Sequence record: NC_018855.1
Source of the DNA: Escherichia phage HX01
Length of the DNA stretch: 64,000 bases
Strand: one strand, 5' to 3'
Part shown: one piece after another, positions 37,387 through 46,290 of the stretch
How positions within the stretch are numbered: position 1 is the stretch's first letter
Layout of the letters: each line of letters starts with the position of its first letter
Program-made: the position numbers and the translations under genes
Notes under the pieces: generated by a model
Told to the model about the DNA's origin: nothing
The model's database searches: none
The model's input: only the letters and a program-made list of their open reading frames with translations

Positions 37387-39199
37387 TAATAAAATTGAAA
37401 TGCTATCCGATAAAGAGCATTGTTTGAAGCGTCCTGGCATGTATATTGGAAGTGTTGCCAATGAAGAACAAGAACGTTTCCTATTCGGTGAATTTAAAAA
37501 GGTTAAATATGTTGCAGGTGTTCTCAAATTAATTGATGAAATTATTGACAACTCGGTAGACGAAGCTATTCGAACCAATTTCAAATACGCTAATAAAATT
37601 TCCGTTAGTATTGATTTAAATTCTAATAAAGTGACTGTTGAAGATAATGGTCGAGGTATTCCTCAAGAAACAGTTATTACTCCTGAAGGAGAAGAAATTC
37701 CAGGACCAGTTGCGGCGTGGACACGTACAAAAGCCGGTGGCAACTTTGGTGACGACAAAGAACGTGTTACGGGTGGACAAAACGGTGTCGGTTCTTCATT
37801 AACAAATATTTTTTCTGTCTCTTTTGTTGGCACTACTTCAGATTGTAAAAACGAATTGACAGTTAATTGTTCTAATAATGCTGATAATATTTCTTGGAAA
37901 TCTAAGCCGTCTAAAAACAACGGGACTAAGGTCGAGTTTATTCCTGATTTCTCTCATTTTGAAATGAATCAATTTGAAAAAATATACCAAGATATTACTA
38001 TAGACCGGCTCCAAACATTGGCAGTCGTTTATCCTGGCATTGAATTTAAATTTAATGGCAAAAAGATTCAAGGTAACTTTAAGAAGTTTGCTAAACAATT
38101 TGATGAAGAGGCCATCATTCAAGAACAAGACGGATGCTCTATTGCCATTGGTCGGTCACCAGATGGCTTCCGACATTTAACTTATGTTAATAACATCCAT
38201 ACCAAAAACGGCGGTCATCACATTGAATGTGTGATGGACGACATTTGCGAAGAATTAATTCCGGCTATTAAACGCAAATATAAAATCGACGTGACTAAAG
38301 CGCGCATCAAGGAATGTCTCACTCTCTTAATGTTCGTTCGTGGAATGAAGAACCTTCGTTTTGATTCCCAAACCAAAGAGCGTTTAACAAGTCCTTATGG
38401 CGAAATTCGGACGCATATTAAATTAGATACCAAAAAATTGGCAAAAAATATTTTGAATTCTGAAGCAGTTTTGATGCCTATAATTGAAGCAGCATTAGCT
38501 CGTAAATTGGCAGCAGAAAAGGCCGCAGAAACTAAAGCAGCTAAAAAGGCAACTAAAGCTAAGGTTCATAAGCATATTAAAGCTAACCAATGTGGTAAAG
38601 ATGCAGATACGACATTGTTTTTAACAGAAGGTGATTCGGCAATTGGTTATCTCATTGATGTTCGTGACCGTGAACTACACGGCGGATTCCCATTACGTGG
38701 TAAGGTGATGAATAGCTGGGGTATGTCATATGCTGATATGATGAAGAACAAAGAGCTCTTCGATATCTGTGCTATCACAGGTCTTATTCTTGGTGAAAAG
38801 GCAGAGAATACGAACTATCGTAATATTGCAATTATGACCGATGCCGATCATGATGGTCTTGGAAGTATTTATCCGGCTTTGCTTGCTTTCTTTAGTAATT
38901 GGCCTGAATTGTTTGAACAAGGACGTATTCGCTTTGTTAAAACGCCTGTAATTATTGCACAAATTGGCAAAACTCAAAAATGGTTTTATACTGTAGCTGA
39001 GTATGAAGAAGCTAAAGATACACTGCCTAAGCATAGTATTCGATACATCAAGGGATTGGGCTCCCTTGAAAAGTCAGAATATCGTGAAATGATTCAGAAC
39101 CCTGTGTACGACGTAGTTAAACTTCCTGAAAATTGGAAAGAACTCTTTGAAATGTTGTTGGGTGATGATTCAGAACTTCGTAAAGAATGGATGTCCTAA
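37379..39199 (+). CDS. 39: DNA topoisomerase II large subunit, fused gene 39 + gene 60 form (GyrB-like ATPase + TOPRIM)
   Basis: Track TTG start trimmed to ATG 37379, giving 606 aa. N-terminal ATPase region (LKRPGMYIGS, DNSVDEA, GGxNGVG) and C-terminal TOPRIM region in one continuous ORF. Confidence 0.85.
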   Translation: MIDNKIEMLSDKEHCLKRPGMYIGSVANEEQERFLFGEFKKVKYVAGVLKLIDEIIDNSVDEAIRTNFKYANKISVSIDLNSNKVTVEDNGRGIPQETVITPEGEEIPGPVAAWTRTKAGGNFGDDKERVTGGQNGVGSSLTNIFSVSFVGTTSDCKNELTVNCSNNADNISWKSKPSKNNGTKVEFIPDFSHFEMNQFEKIYQDITIDRLQTLAVVYPGIEFKFNGKKIQGNFKKFAKQFDEEAIIQEQDGCSIAIGRSPDGFRHLTYVNNIHTKNGGHHIECVMDDICEELIPAIKRKYKIDVTKARIKECLTLLMFVRGMKNLRFDSQTKERLTSPYGEIRTHIKLDTKKLAKNILNSEAVLMPIIEAALARKLAAEKAAETKAAKKATKAKVHKHIKANQCGKDADTTLFLTEGDSAIGYLIDVRDRELHGGFPLRGKVMNSWGMSYADMMKNKELFDICAITGLILGEKAENTNYRNIAIMTDADHDGLGSIYPALLAFFSNWPELFEQGRIRFVKTPVIIAQIGKTQKWFYTVAEYEEAKDTLPKHSIRYIKGLGSLEKSEYREMIQNPVYDVVKLPENWKELFEMLLGDDSELRKEWMS

Positions 39200-39226
39200 G
39201 CTCCTTCTGGAGCTTCATTTTAATTT
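39199..39226 (+). terminator. hairpin after gene 39 (weak terminator or attenuator)
   Basis: AGCTCC-ttct-GGAGCT hairpin followed by a T/A-rich tract. Confidence 0.35.
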
Positions 39227-39241
39227 TAATAAGGCTTAATT

Positions 39242-40342
39242 ATGAAAGTTATGTTTATCCCATCTCGTGCAGTCCCATTTAATCCTGACCGTGTACAAGG
39301 TGGTCTTGAAGCAGTACATTTAAATGTGTTGAAATATCTTGTGTCCATCGGTGCTGATATTGATTATATCGGCTTTGATAATGACACGTTTGGTGACTGG
39401 AAAGTTACACACCATCCTGTTGGTCATCTGACTAAATTTAGTCTAGGTATGAGTTATACTATGGCTCGTAAGATTGTTGAACTAGCCGGCATCCATGAAT
39501 ACGATTTTGTTGTTACTATGGAACCGACTAAACTAACCGTTCAGGCAATTAAAGACGCAGGTCTCTCTAAAGTTCATAAGAATTTTATGGCAACACCATT
39601 TGAACCGGTATCTCGTGGCATTGTTCAAATTTGGGACCAGACTATTCAAATTCATAAGAATGGTGGTAAGAGTTATGCTCCTACTAAAGCCTTCCGTGAA
39701 TTTGAACGCAAATATTGTTATATGACTTCAGGTCTGACTGACAAAATTGATTATGATTATTGGCGAGCAAATCCGTTGTTTGAAGCCGAAGATTATCCGG
39801 TTATTTGTTTGAATGAGAAACCTGAAGTTCTTCCGGCGACTGATCTGATTATTAGTGCACAACGTTATGACACTAAAATGCGTCGTACTGATGTTGCTCT
39901 TGAAGCGATTAAAGCACTAGGCGAAAATGGTGTAGGATACTGTCCAAGCAAATGGGCACCACCAGCTAAATATCCTGTTATTATTGATGCTCCACACAGT
40001 GAAATCATGGAACGTCTTAAAACAGCTAAAGCGCTTATTAATACGTGTCCTGACACAGGTACGGTAGAGAATAGTTCTATTGAAGCCATCTCTAAAGGTG
40101 TCCCTGTAATCCAGTTAGTTTTTAAGGATTATCCTCATGCGACATTCGAATACGACCCAGATACTGTGCGTGTAGAAATTGATTCCTCTACTCCTAAGAA
40201 AGAAGTAGTTGCGCTTTACACAAAAGCTGTATTAGAATTCACTGACACATACGAAGCTCGAGTTAAACGTGCTGAAGCAGTATGGAAGAAGTATAACCGA
40301 GATGCAGTTGTTGCGATGTGGGATAAAATCTTCACAGCGTAA
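39242..40342 (+). CDS. putative GT-B-fold glycosyltransferase, candidate DNA (hmC) glycosyltransferase
   Basis: 366 aa; C-terminal region GTVENSSIEAISKGVPVIQL resembles the E-x7-E donor-binding motif of GT4/GT-B enzymes. Inserted between gene 39 and rIIA.1/rIIA, where T4 has no glycosyltransferase. Confidence 0.5.
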   Translation: MKVMFIPSRAVPFNPDRVQGGLEAVHLNVLKYLVSIGADIDYIGFDNDTFGDWKVTHHPVGHLTKFSLGMSYTMARKIVELAGIHEYDFVVTMEPTKLTVQAIKDAGLSKVHKNFMATPFEPVSRGIVQIWDQTIQIHKNGGKSYAPTKAFREFERKYCYMTSGLTDKIDYDYWRANPLFEAEDYPVICLNEKPEVLPATDLIISAQRYDTKMRRTDVALEAIKALGENGVGYCPSKWAPPAKYPVIIDAPHSEIMERLKTAKALINTCPDTGTVENSSIEAISKGVPVIQLVFKDYPHATFEYDPDTVRVEIDSSTPKKEVVALYTKAVLEFTDTYEARVKRAEAVWKKYNRDAVVAMWDKIFTA

Positions 40343-40434
40343 ATCCTGAATCGCCTGAGGCACTATTACACATAAGATGATAAATTATATGGTCTTTAGT
40401 AATAGTGCCCTAGGAATCTACTGAAGAGAATATT

Positions 40435-40635
40435 ATGAGAACATATAACGTGGACTTGGAACTTTTTGATAAAGCAGTGCTCCGGGAATTCCGGCTTATC
40501 CAAAGATTTTTTGATATCGAATCAGCTGAAGCCTTTAAAGAACGCTTTAAGGAAATTCGATATAAAATACAAACCGATACAGCTACTAAAGAAGAACTTC
40601 TTGAAGTAGCAGAAATTTTTAAACGTAACTTGTGA
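40435..40635 (+). CDS. hypothetical protein (66 aa), rIIA.1-like by position
   Basis: ATG ORF immediately upstream of rIIA. Confidence 0.45.
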   Translation: MRTYNVDLELFDKAVLREFRLIQRFFDIESAEAFKERFKEIRYKIQTDTATKEELLEVAEIFKRNL

Positions 40636-40647
40636 TGAGAGAAAAAT

Positions 40648-42861
40648 ATGATTATTGAAACGGCTAAAGAAACGATTATTGGTTCAGGCGGTAAGAGCAC
40701 AGCATTTACTATTCAAGGCAATAGCAAAGTTTATAAGATTTTGTCTAATGACCTTTATACAAACAAAGAATTGGCTTGTGTACGTGAATTAATCACAAAC
40801 TGTATTGATGGGCAAATTCTTAATGGTTGCACTGATAAGTTTATTGTTCAGGCTCCAGGTCGTTTAGACCCACGTTTTGTAGTTCGTGATTTTGGACCTG
40901 GTATGAGTGATTTCACTATTCGTGGTAATGACGAAGAGCCAGGAATTTATAACTCATATTTTGCTTCAACTAAAACATCGAGTAACGATTTCATTGGTGG
41001 ATTCGGACTCGGCTCTAAAGCTCCATTAGCATATACTGATACGTTTAACCTTACGTCTTATCATAATGGTGAAGTTCGTGGTTACGTAATCTACCAAGAT
41101 GACACAGGTCCACAGATTAAGCCGACCTTTGTAGATAAGATGGGTCCTGATGACCGTACGGGTGTAGAAGTAGTTGTACCGGTTAACCCGGAAGATTTTG
41201 AAAAGTTTGCATCCGAAATTGCATATGTTATGCGTCCTCTAGGTGATATTGCAGAAGTTCGTGGTGTTAAAGATATTAAATACTTCCCAGAATTTGATGA
41301 TGTATATTTGGCCAAGGAAGCTCCATGGGGTGAACGTGGTAATATCATGGCTGTTTATGGCGGTATTGTATATCCAATCGGAAGTGTTATTAAAGAACAA
41401 ACATGGATGATGACACGATGCACTACAGCTTATATTAAATTCCCAATGGGTGAACTAGATGTTGCTCCGTCTCGCGAAGCATTGTCATTTGATAAACGTA
41501 CAGTAGCAAATATCCATAAACGCGTTGCAGAAATCGATGCTAAATTGTTCGCTGAAGATTCTAAGAAATGGATTGATTGTAAATACCCACGACATGTGTT
41601 CCGCGAAATTGATTCTCTTGGCTATACCGCTCGTAAATACATGGAAAAGGCCGGGTCTAATATTGAATCACTGAAATACTCTAAAGAACAACTAACTTAT
41701 TCTGAGTTGTACAAACGTTTTAAAATGGGACCTGAGTGGTGTAATCTTGGTGTCGTATACGATATCGTTGAATCCCCTCGTCTTCGTCGTATTCGTGAAA
41801 GTGGTAGCTCATCATCAACCATTTCAATTAACAGCCTGATTGGCATTAACATTAAAAACGTTGAAATTGTTATTGACGATGTTAAGGGACGCGTTCCATT
41901 AATGCGAGCTCTTAATTCAATTGAAATGTCTAAAGACGAGGTTAAATTATCCGGTAAAGTTCCACGCGGTTTTGGTAAAAGCGTACTATTCGTTGACCCT
42001 ACAGACGAAGATGCAATGAAACTTCTGGAACGCCTTAAAGTTATCTTTGATGGCGATAGCATTAACATGTACAAGACTTCAGAGCTTTTACAAATCGTTA
42101 AGCCATGGATTGAAGTCAGGAAACGGACTAATGAGCCTCGTCCTAAATCCCCAAGTGCTCATCGGTTCTTTAAGAATGAAAAGGATGTTTGGGTATCAGA
42201 AGATCTCTTTATTCCAGCGAGTGAAGCTGATGAAATCCAAGGTTATGCTATAGTTCGTAATCGTTCTAATGCTGAATGTCTTGACGCAGATAAAGGTTGG
42301 TTAAACTATGACTCTAATTTCTTGACTCGTATTGCTGATTTGTCAGGTATTAAAGAGTTCACTGTAGTTCGCCCACAGATTGCTAAGAAAGTTCGTAAAC
42401 TTGGTGAAGTAGAATGCTTGTTCGAAAAATCAATTAATGACTATATTACGCTAATTGATAAAGTGGATTATGATGAGTATGTGTCACCAAGTCGTAGAGC
42501 ACAGCCTTATTTGAATCATATTACTCGTAATGAAGAGCTTAACTTCCTTAGTAAGTATTTTAGCTCTAAGAACAAAGAAATCAGTAAAGACTTTGCAAAA
42601 CTCTCAACAGTAAATAATCGTTGGGGATGGAATCGATTCGCAGGTGCTACTAATACAGACCTGAATAAGAAGTTAGAATTGTGTGCTAAAATTTTCGATA
42701 AGCTTAAAGATAATGCTTACGATAATGATGATAAAATGGTTATTGAATTCGAAACCAATTATCATATTGTGTCAGAATACATGGGACGACGTGGTACTCT
42801 TTCCAAAGAACAGGTCGCTCAAATCGTTAAATTCATGAAGGCCGTGGAAGCGGCCAAATAA
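40648..42861 (+). CDS. rIIA: RIIA protein (rapid-lysis / lysis inhibition; GHKL-type ATPase-like N-terminal domain)
   Basis: 737 aa; MIIETAKETIIGSGGKSTAFT...YKILSNDLYTNKELACVRELITNCID matches the T4 RIIA N-terminus; size close to T4's 725 aa. Confidence 0.9.
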   Translation: MIIETAKETIIGSGGKSTAFTIQGNSKVYKILSNDLYTNKELACVRELITNCIDGQILNGCTDKFIVQAPGRLDPRFVVRDFGPGMSDFTIRGNDEEPGIYNSYFASTKTSSNDFIGGFGLGSKAPLAYTDTFNLTSYHNGEVRGYVIYQDDTGPQIKPTFVDKMGPDDRTGVEVVVPVNPEDFEKFASEIAYVMRPLGDIAEVRGVKDIKYFPEFDDVYLAKEAPWGERGNIMAVYGGIVYPIGSVIKEQTWMMTRCTTAYIKFPMGELDVAPSREALSFDKRTVANIHKRVAEIDAKLFAEDSKKWIDCKYPRHVFREIDSLGYTARKYMEKAGSNIESLKYSKEQLTYSELYKRFKMGPEWCNLGVVYDIVESPRLRRIRESGSSSSTISINSLIGINIKNVEIVIDDVKGRVPLMRALNSIEMSKDEVKLSGKVPRGFGKSVLFVDPTDEDAMKLLERLKVIFDGDSINMYKTSELLQIVKPWIEVRKRTNEPRPKSPSAHRFFKNEKDVWVSEDLFIPASEADEIQGYAIVRNRSNAECLDADKGWLNYDSNFLTRIADLSGIKEFTVVRPQIAKKVRKLGEVECLFEKSINDYITLIDKVDYDEYVSPSRRAQPYLNHITRNEELNFLSKYFSSKNKEISKDFAKLSTVNNRWGWNRFAGATNTDLNKKLELCAKIFDKLKDNAYDNDDKMVIEFETNYHIVSEYMGRRGTLSKEQVAQIVKFMKAVEAAK

Positions 42862-42870
42862 GGAAACATT

Positions 42871-43818
42871 ATGTACAATATTAAATGCTTGTCCCAAGAA
42901 GAACAGTTAGAAGCTTATGGCCTGGTTGAATCAGGCAAATGGACTCGTAAAGAAATTGCCGATTACTTCGACATTTCAACAGATACTCTTCGTAAGATTG
43001 TTAAGAATTTTAAAGCAGAAGGCGTTGTCCCTGAAGCAAACGATGCCTCTTATGTAATCGAAGAAGTTCCAGAAAATGATGAACCTATTATCGGCGGACA
43101 TCGTCCTGAAATCGTATGGAACGCGTCATCTAAATTTATTTCAATTATTGAAGGACGCGTAGCATACAATGCGACTCCATCAAGTCATGCAAATTTTGAA
43201 GAAATTAAAGCTAATCTGGTCGCAGGAAACCTTAATAAAGCTGTCGAACTTATTAACATCAAGAAAGCTATTAGTAAGTTTGTTGACGGTAATGTTGTTA
43301 TTGAAGGTGGTAGTTTATTTTATCAAGGTATAGAGATTCGTTCTGGTCTGGTTAATCGTATTATTGATTCTATGGAAAAAGGCGAAGACTTTAAATTCTA
43401 TCTACCGTTCCTTGAAAACCTGTTAGAAAACCCAAGCGAAAAAGCTGTACAACGTTTATTCGACTTCTTGGTTGCAAATGATATTGAAATCACTGAAGAT
43501 GGGCATTTCTACGCGTGGAAAGTAGTTCGTAAAGATTATTTAGATTGCTATAGCGGTACATTTGATAACTCACCAGGTAAAGTTGTTTCAATGCCTCGTA
43601 CTCGTGTTAACGATGATGATACACAAACCTGCTCCCGTGGTCTACATGTTTGCGCTAAATCGTATATTCGTTACTTTGGTTCTAGCTCAGATAAAGTTGT
43701 TAAGGTTAAAGTTCATCCACGTGATGTTGTGTCCATCCCAGTTGACTATGGCGATGCTAAGATGCGTACTTGTCGTTATGAAGTAATTTCAGACGTTACT
43801 GAATTATTTGCAGAATAA
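42871..43818 (+). CDS. rIIB: RIIB protein
   Basis: 315 aa versus 312 in T4; immediately downstream of rIIA. Confidence 0.8.
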   Translation: MYNIKCLSQEEQLEAYGLVESGKWTRKEIADYFDISTDTLRKIVKNFKAEGVVPEANDASYVIEEVPENDEPIIGGHRPEIVWNASSKFISIIEGRVAYNATPSSHANFEEIKANLVAGNLNKAVELINIKKAISKFVDGNVVIEGGSLFYQGIEIRSGLVNRIIDSMEKGEDFKFYLPFLENLLENPSEKAVQRLFDFLVANDIEITEDGHFYAWKVVRKDYLDCYSGTFDNSPGKVVSMPRTRVNDDDTQTCSRGLHVCAKSYIRYFGSSSDKVVKVKVHPRDVVSIPVDYGDAKMRTCRYEVISDVTELFAE

Positions 43819-43823
43819 TAATT

Positions 43824-43846
43824 GGGGACTTCGGTCCCCTTTTTTT
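43824..43846 (+). terminator. rho-independent terminator
   Basis: GGGGAC-ttcg-GTCCCC hairpin followed by TTTTTTT. Confidence 0.75.
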
Positions 43847-43860
43847 CTTTAGGGGTAATT

Positions 43861-44148
43861 ATGATTCATCCATTTGACGTATCAGAATCCAAAATTGCTA
43901 ATCTTCGTGGTCATCATAAGTGTAAATCAGTTTATTGTGCTAAATTGGTAAAACATCCTGGCGATGCACACTACGGCTGGTTAGAATGCGACGAAGTTGT
44001 TATTGAAATTCCGCCTGTAGATGCAGAATATCTTGAAGAAGGAGACCGCATTTATTTTGGCGAACTACACATCAGAGGTATCTATGGTAAAGACGAACTT
44101 GGGGCTGTTGAGACTGAAGAATCTTCCGACATTTATCCTGTCGAATGA
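43861..44148 (+). CDS. hypothetical protein (95 aa)
   Basis: Track start 43822 lies inside the terminator; trimmed to ATG 43861. Confidence 0.45.
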   Translation: MIHPFDVSESKIANLRGHHKCKSVYCAKLVKHPGDAHYGWLECDEVVIEIPPVDAEYLEEGDRIYFGELHIRGIYGKDELGAVETEESSDIYPVE

Positions 44149-44164
44149 GTTTTTGACTAGTGAA

Positions 44165-44641
44165 ATGAAGGTGAAGATTGCTGACACTGCTCGGTATTCC
44201 CTGAGCCAAAATCCTGATCAAAACAAAGAAGATGTAGTTCGACGTTGTAAGGTTGCGATCTTTGCAGAGTATGTAGTAGCAAATTGGCTAGACGGATATG
44301 TTAATAAAGGTATTGAAGACGTAGAAGACCCGTACACGTATGCATGGGACGTGTTAGCCCATCCCAAGTATTGTGGAATTCGTGTAGAAGTCAAGACACA
44401 CCAGATAGATTCTAAATGGATTTCTGTTACCACAGGATACAGTGGTGATTATCCAGGTGGCAACGGAATCAACATAGGGCCCTTCTTGAACCATCGAGTC
44501 GCAGATTGCATTATTATATTAGATGTCAAAGAAACCTCACCTGACGTCTTCTCTTATTCTATAAAGTTCGTGGGAGACCATGAAGACCTAAAGAAAATCG
44601 TCCGCAAGAGCAACTACAACGGGTGGTATCTTCATCTTTAA
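44165..44641 (+). CDS. hypothetical protein (158 aa; possibly longer N-terminus)
   Basis: Track ORF 44021-44641 overlaps the upstream ORF by 128 nt; in-frame ATGs at 44084 (AGAGG ribosome-binding site, 186 aa) and 44165. Contains a D...EVK pattern. Lies in the slot where T4 has denB. Confidence 0.4.
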   Translation: MKVKIADTARYSLSQNPDQNKEDVVRRCKVAIFAEYVVANWLDGYVNKGIEDVEDPYTYAWDVLAHPKYCGIRVEVKTHQIDSKWISVTTGYSGDYPGGNGINIGPFLNHRVADCIIILDVKETSPDVFSYSIKFVGDHEDLKKIVRKSNYNGWYLHL

Positions 44642-44653
44642 TTTCATAAAAGT

Positions 44654-44683
44654 GTTTACAACTAAGTAGGTCTATGATATAGT
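44654..44683 (+). promoter_or_regulatory. early promoter
   Basis: GTTTAC, 17-nt spacer, TATAGT, TAGTCCTATC motif downstream. Confidence 0.5.
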
Positions 44684-44709
44684 AGTCCTATCTAAAAGAG
44701 GATAACATC

Positions 44710-44973
44710 ATGAAATTTAAATTTTTCTACGCAAAACATAAAGTGACCGGTGAGTTTGTTTCAATGTACAACACCGCAGATGACGAAGGGATGATTTATA
44801 CTCATTTAGGTCTATCTCATTGGGACTCAGACGTGCCTTATATGTCATCTGAAGCCGAAATAACTCGTTTAGTTAATGGACATATGAACGACCATTTTAG
44901 TGTTATTCTTTCTAAAGACCTTAAAGAGGTTATCAACAAAGGATATATGGAACTCGCGGAAGTTGAGATATGA
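44710..44973 (+). CDS. hypothetical protein (87 aa)
   Basis: ATG ORF with AGAGGA ribosome-binding site. Confidence 0.5.
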   Translation: MKFKFFYAKHKVTGEFVSMYNTADDEGMIYTHLGLSHWDSDVPYMSSEAEITRLVNGHMNDHFSVILSKDLKEVINKGYMELAEVEI

Positions 44974-45165
44974 GCTCTAAAATGTGGATAGGAATATGGT
45001 TGCTTAGTATCCCTATGATTTGTATAGTATTTTCAATTGTATTGAGGTACTTATGAAAAATGCACTTATTATTGTACTAAGAACAATTTGTGATACGGGT
45101 TTTTACATCGCATGTTCGTTCACTGGAACATGGTTGGCTTTAACATATTTTAATGTAATTTAATT

Positions 45166-45195
45166 GTTTACAACAAGGTAGGATTATGGTATAGT
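45166..45195 (+). promoter_or_regulatory. early promoter
   Basis: GTTTAC, 17-nt spacer, TATAGT. Confidence 0.5.
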
Positions 45196-45223
45196 AGTCC
45201 TACTGAAACATGAGGAACACAAA

Positions 45224-45424
45224 ATGGCTAAGCTTTTTAAAGATGTTGAAATTGGTGAAAAATTTGTTCTGAATAATGGTCAGCAGCTTATTCGTGTAGC
45301 TTCTATCGCCGGACAAACTCATAACTGTATCGCCCCAACGTGTTGGACTCGATTCTTTATTGAAGATGACACTGAATGTTTAACTGTTGAAGAGCTTTTT
45401 GAACGTTCTGATATAGCCGAATAA
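45224..45424 (+). CDS. hypothetical protein (66 aa)
   Basis: ATG ORF with GAGGAA ribosome-binding site. Confidence 0.45.
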   Translation: MAKLFKDVEIGEKFVLNNGQQLIRVASIAGQTHNCIAPTCWTRFFIEDDTECLTVEELFERSDIAE

Positions 45425-45426
45425 AA

Positions 45427-45456
45427 TTGTACAAACTCTTGAGAGCAGAGTATAAT
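45427..45456 (+). promoter_or_regulatory. early promoter (variant -35 TTGTAC)
   Basis: TTGTAC, 18-nt spacer, TATAAT; the -10 is embedded in the GAGAGCA...TGCTCTC inverted repeat. Confidence 0.4.
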
Positions 45457-45500
45457 GCTCTCATGGATTACAAAAACATTAATCAATTGAGGAAATTAGC

Positions 45501-45947
45501 ATGTCCAAATATTTAACTCGTAAAGACCTTCTGGCAGTTGGCGGTGAAGTTGTTGCAGTAGTTCGTAATGGTGAATACGGTTCTGAAGTTTCTAAAGAGT
45601 TTCGTTCTCGTGAAGGTTTTTACTTCTTTGTTAAAGGTTCATCTGACTGGCGTCAAGTAGCAGCACGATTCTTTGTAGGACGTCAACGTTCTAAACAAGG
45701 GTTGGATGCAATTCTTTCTCACATTCGTCAAGGCCGTTCGCAACTAGCCCGTACTATGGGCACTAACAATATTGAATATGATGTAATCTTTGTTGCAGCT
45801 AAGAACATGAAACCACTGACTACTGGTTATGGTAAAGGACAATTGGCTCTGGCATTCACTCGCAATCATACATCAGAATATCAAACACTCACTGAAATGA
45901 ACCGTCTTCTGGCCGATAATTTCAAATTCATTCTGCAGAGTTACTAA
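45501..45947 (+). CDS. ndd: Ndd nucleoid disruption protein
   Basis: 148 aa; [31 protein letters not shown]...[40 protein letters not shown] matches T4 Ndd as recalled. Confidence 0.6.
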   Translation: MSKYLTRKDLLAVGGEVVAVVRNGEYGSEVSKEFRSREGFYFFVKGSSDWRQVAARFFVGRQRSKQGLDAILSHIRQGRSQLARTMGTNNIEYDVIFVAAKNMKPLTTGYGKGQLALAFTRNHTSEYQTLTEMNRLLADNFKFILQSY

Positions 45948-45954
45948 TTTATAC

Positions 45955-45987
45955 AGGCCTAGCTTAATAGGCCTTTAATTTATTTTT
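45955..45987 (+). terminator. hairpin plus A/T-rich tract after ndd (possible terminator)
   Basis: AGGCCT-agcttaat-AGGCCT stem-loop followed by ttaatttattttt. Confidence 0.35.
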
Positions 45988-45999
45988 GAGGTAATTAAA

Positions 46000-46149
46000 A
46001 TGGTAGCATGGATTATTGCATTGCTGTGTTGGTCGTTTTTATTCGTTAACACTTTAGTTACAGGCGAAACAACAGTATTTCAACAGGCTGTGTCACAAGG
46101 TACCTTAGCGGTCTTAGCTCTTCTTAACGTATTAAAAGGCGAGCAATGA
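46000..46149 (+). CDS. small membrane protein (49 aa), Ac-like by position
   Basis: ATG with GAGGT ribosome-binding site; hydrophobic; below track cutoff. Confidence 0.35.
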   Translation: MVAWIIALLCWSFLFVNTLVTGETTVFQQAVSQGTLAVLALLNVLKGEQ

Positions 46150-46286
46150 TTAAGAAAATCTTAGCAGGAGCCTTCGGGCTCTTGTTGTTGCTTACGGTTC
46201 TGTACTACGGTGTGATGTTTGGGCTAATCCAAGTAGTGCTTTTCATTTCAGATGTTATAATGGTTATTCGTTCATTAATATGGTGA
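46146..46286 (+). CDS. small membrane protein (46 aa)
   Basis: ATGA-coupled to the preceding micro-ORF; strongly hydrophobic. Confidence 0.3.
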   Translation: MIKKILAGAFGLLLLLTVLYYGVMFGLIQVVLFISDVIMVIRSLIW

Positions 46287-46290
46287 AAAT

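Noticed and set aside
41697-42074. Minus-strand 125-aa ORF inside rIIA
   Set aside because: Antisense to conserved rIIA coding sequence.
44021-44164. Longer N-terminal extension of the 44165 ORF
   Set aside because: Would overlap the upstream 95-aa ORF by up to 128 nt; kept as an alternative because ATG 44084 has an AGAGG ribosome-binding site and gives a 186-aa product.
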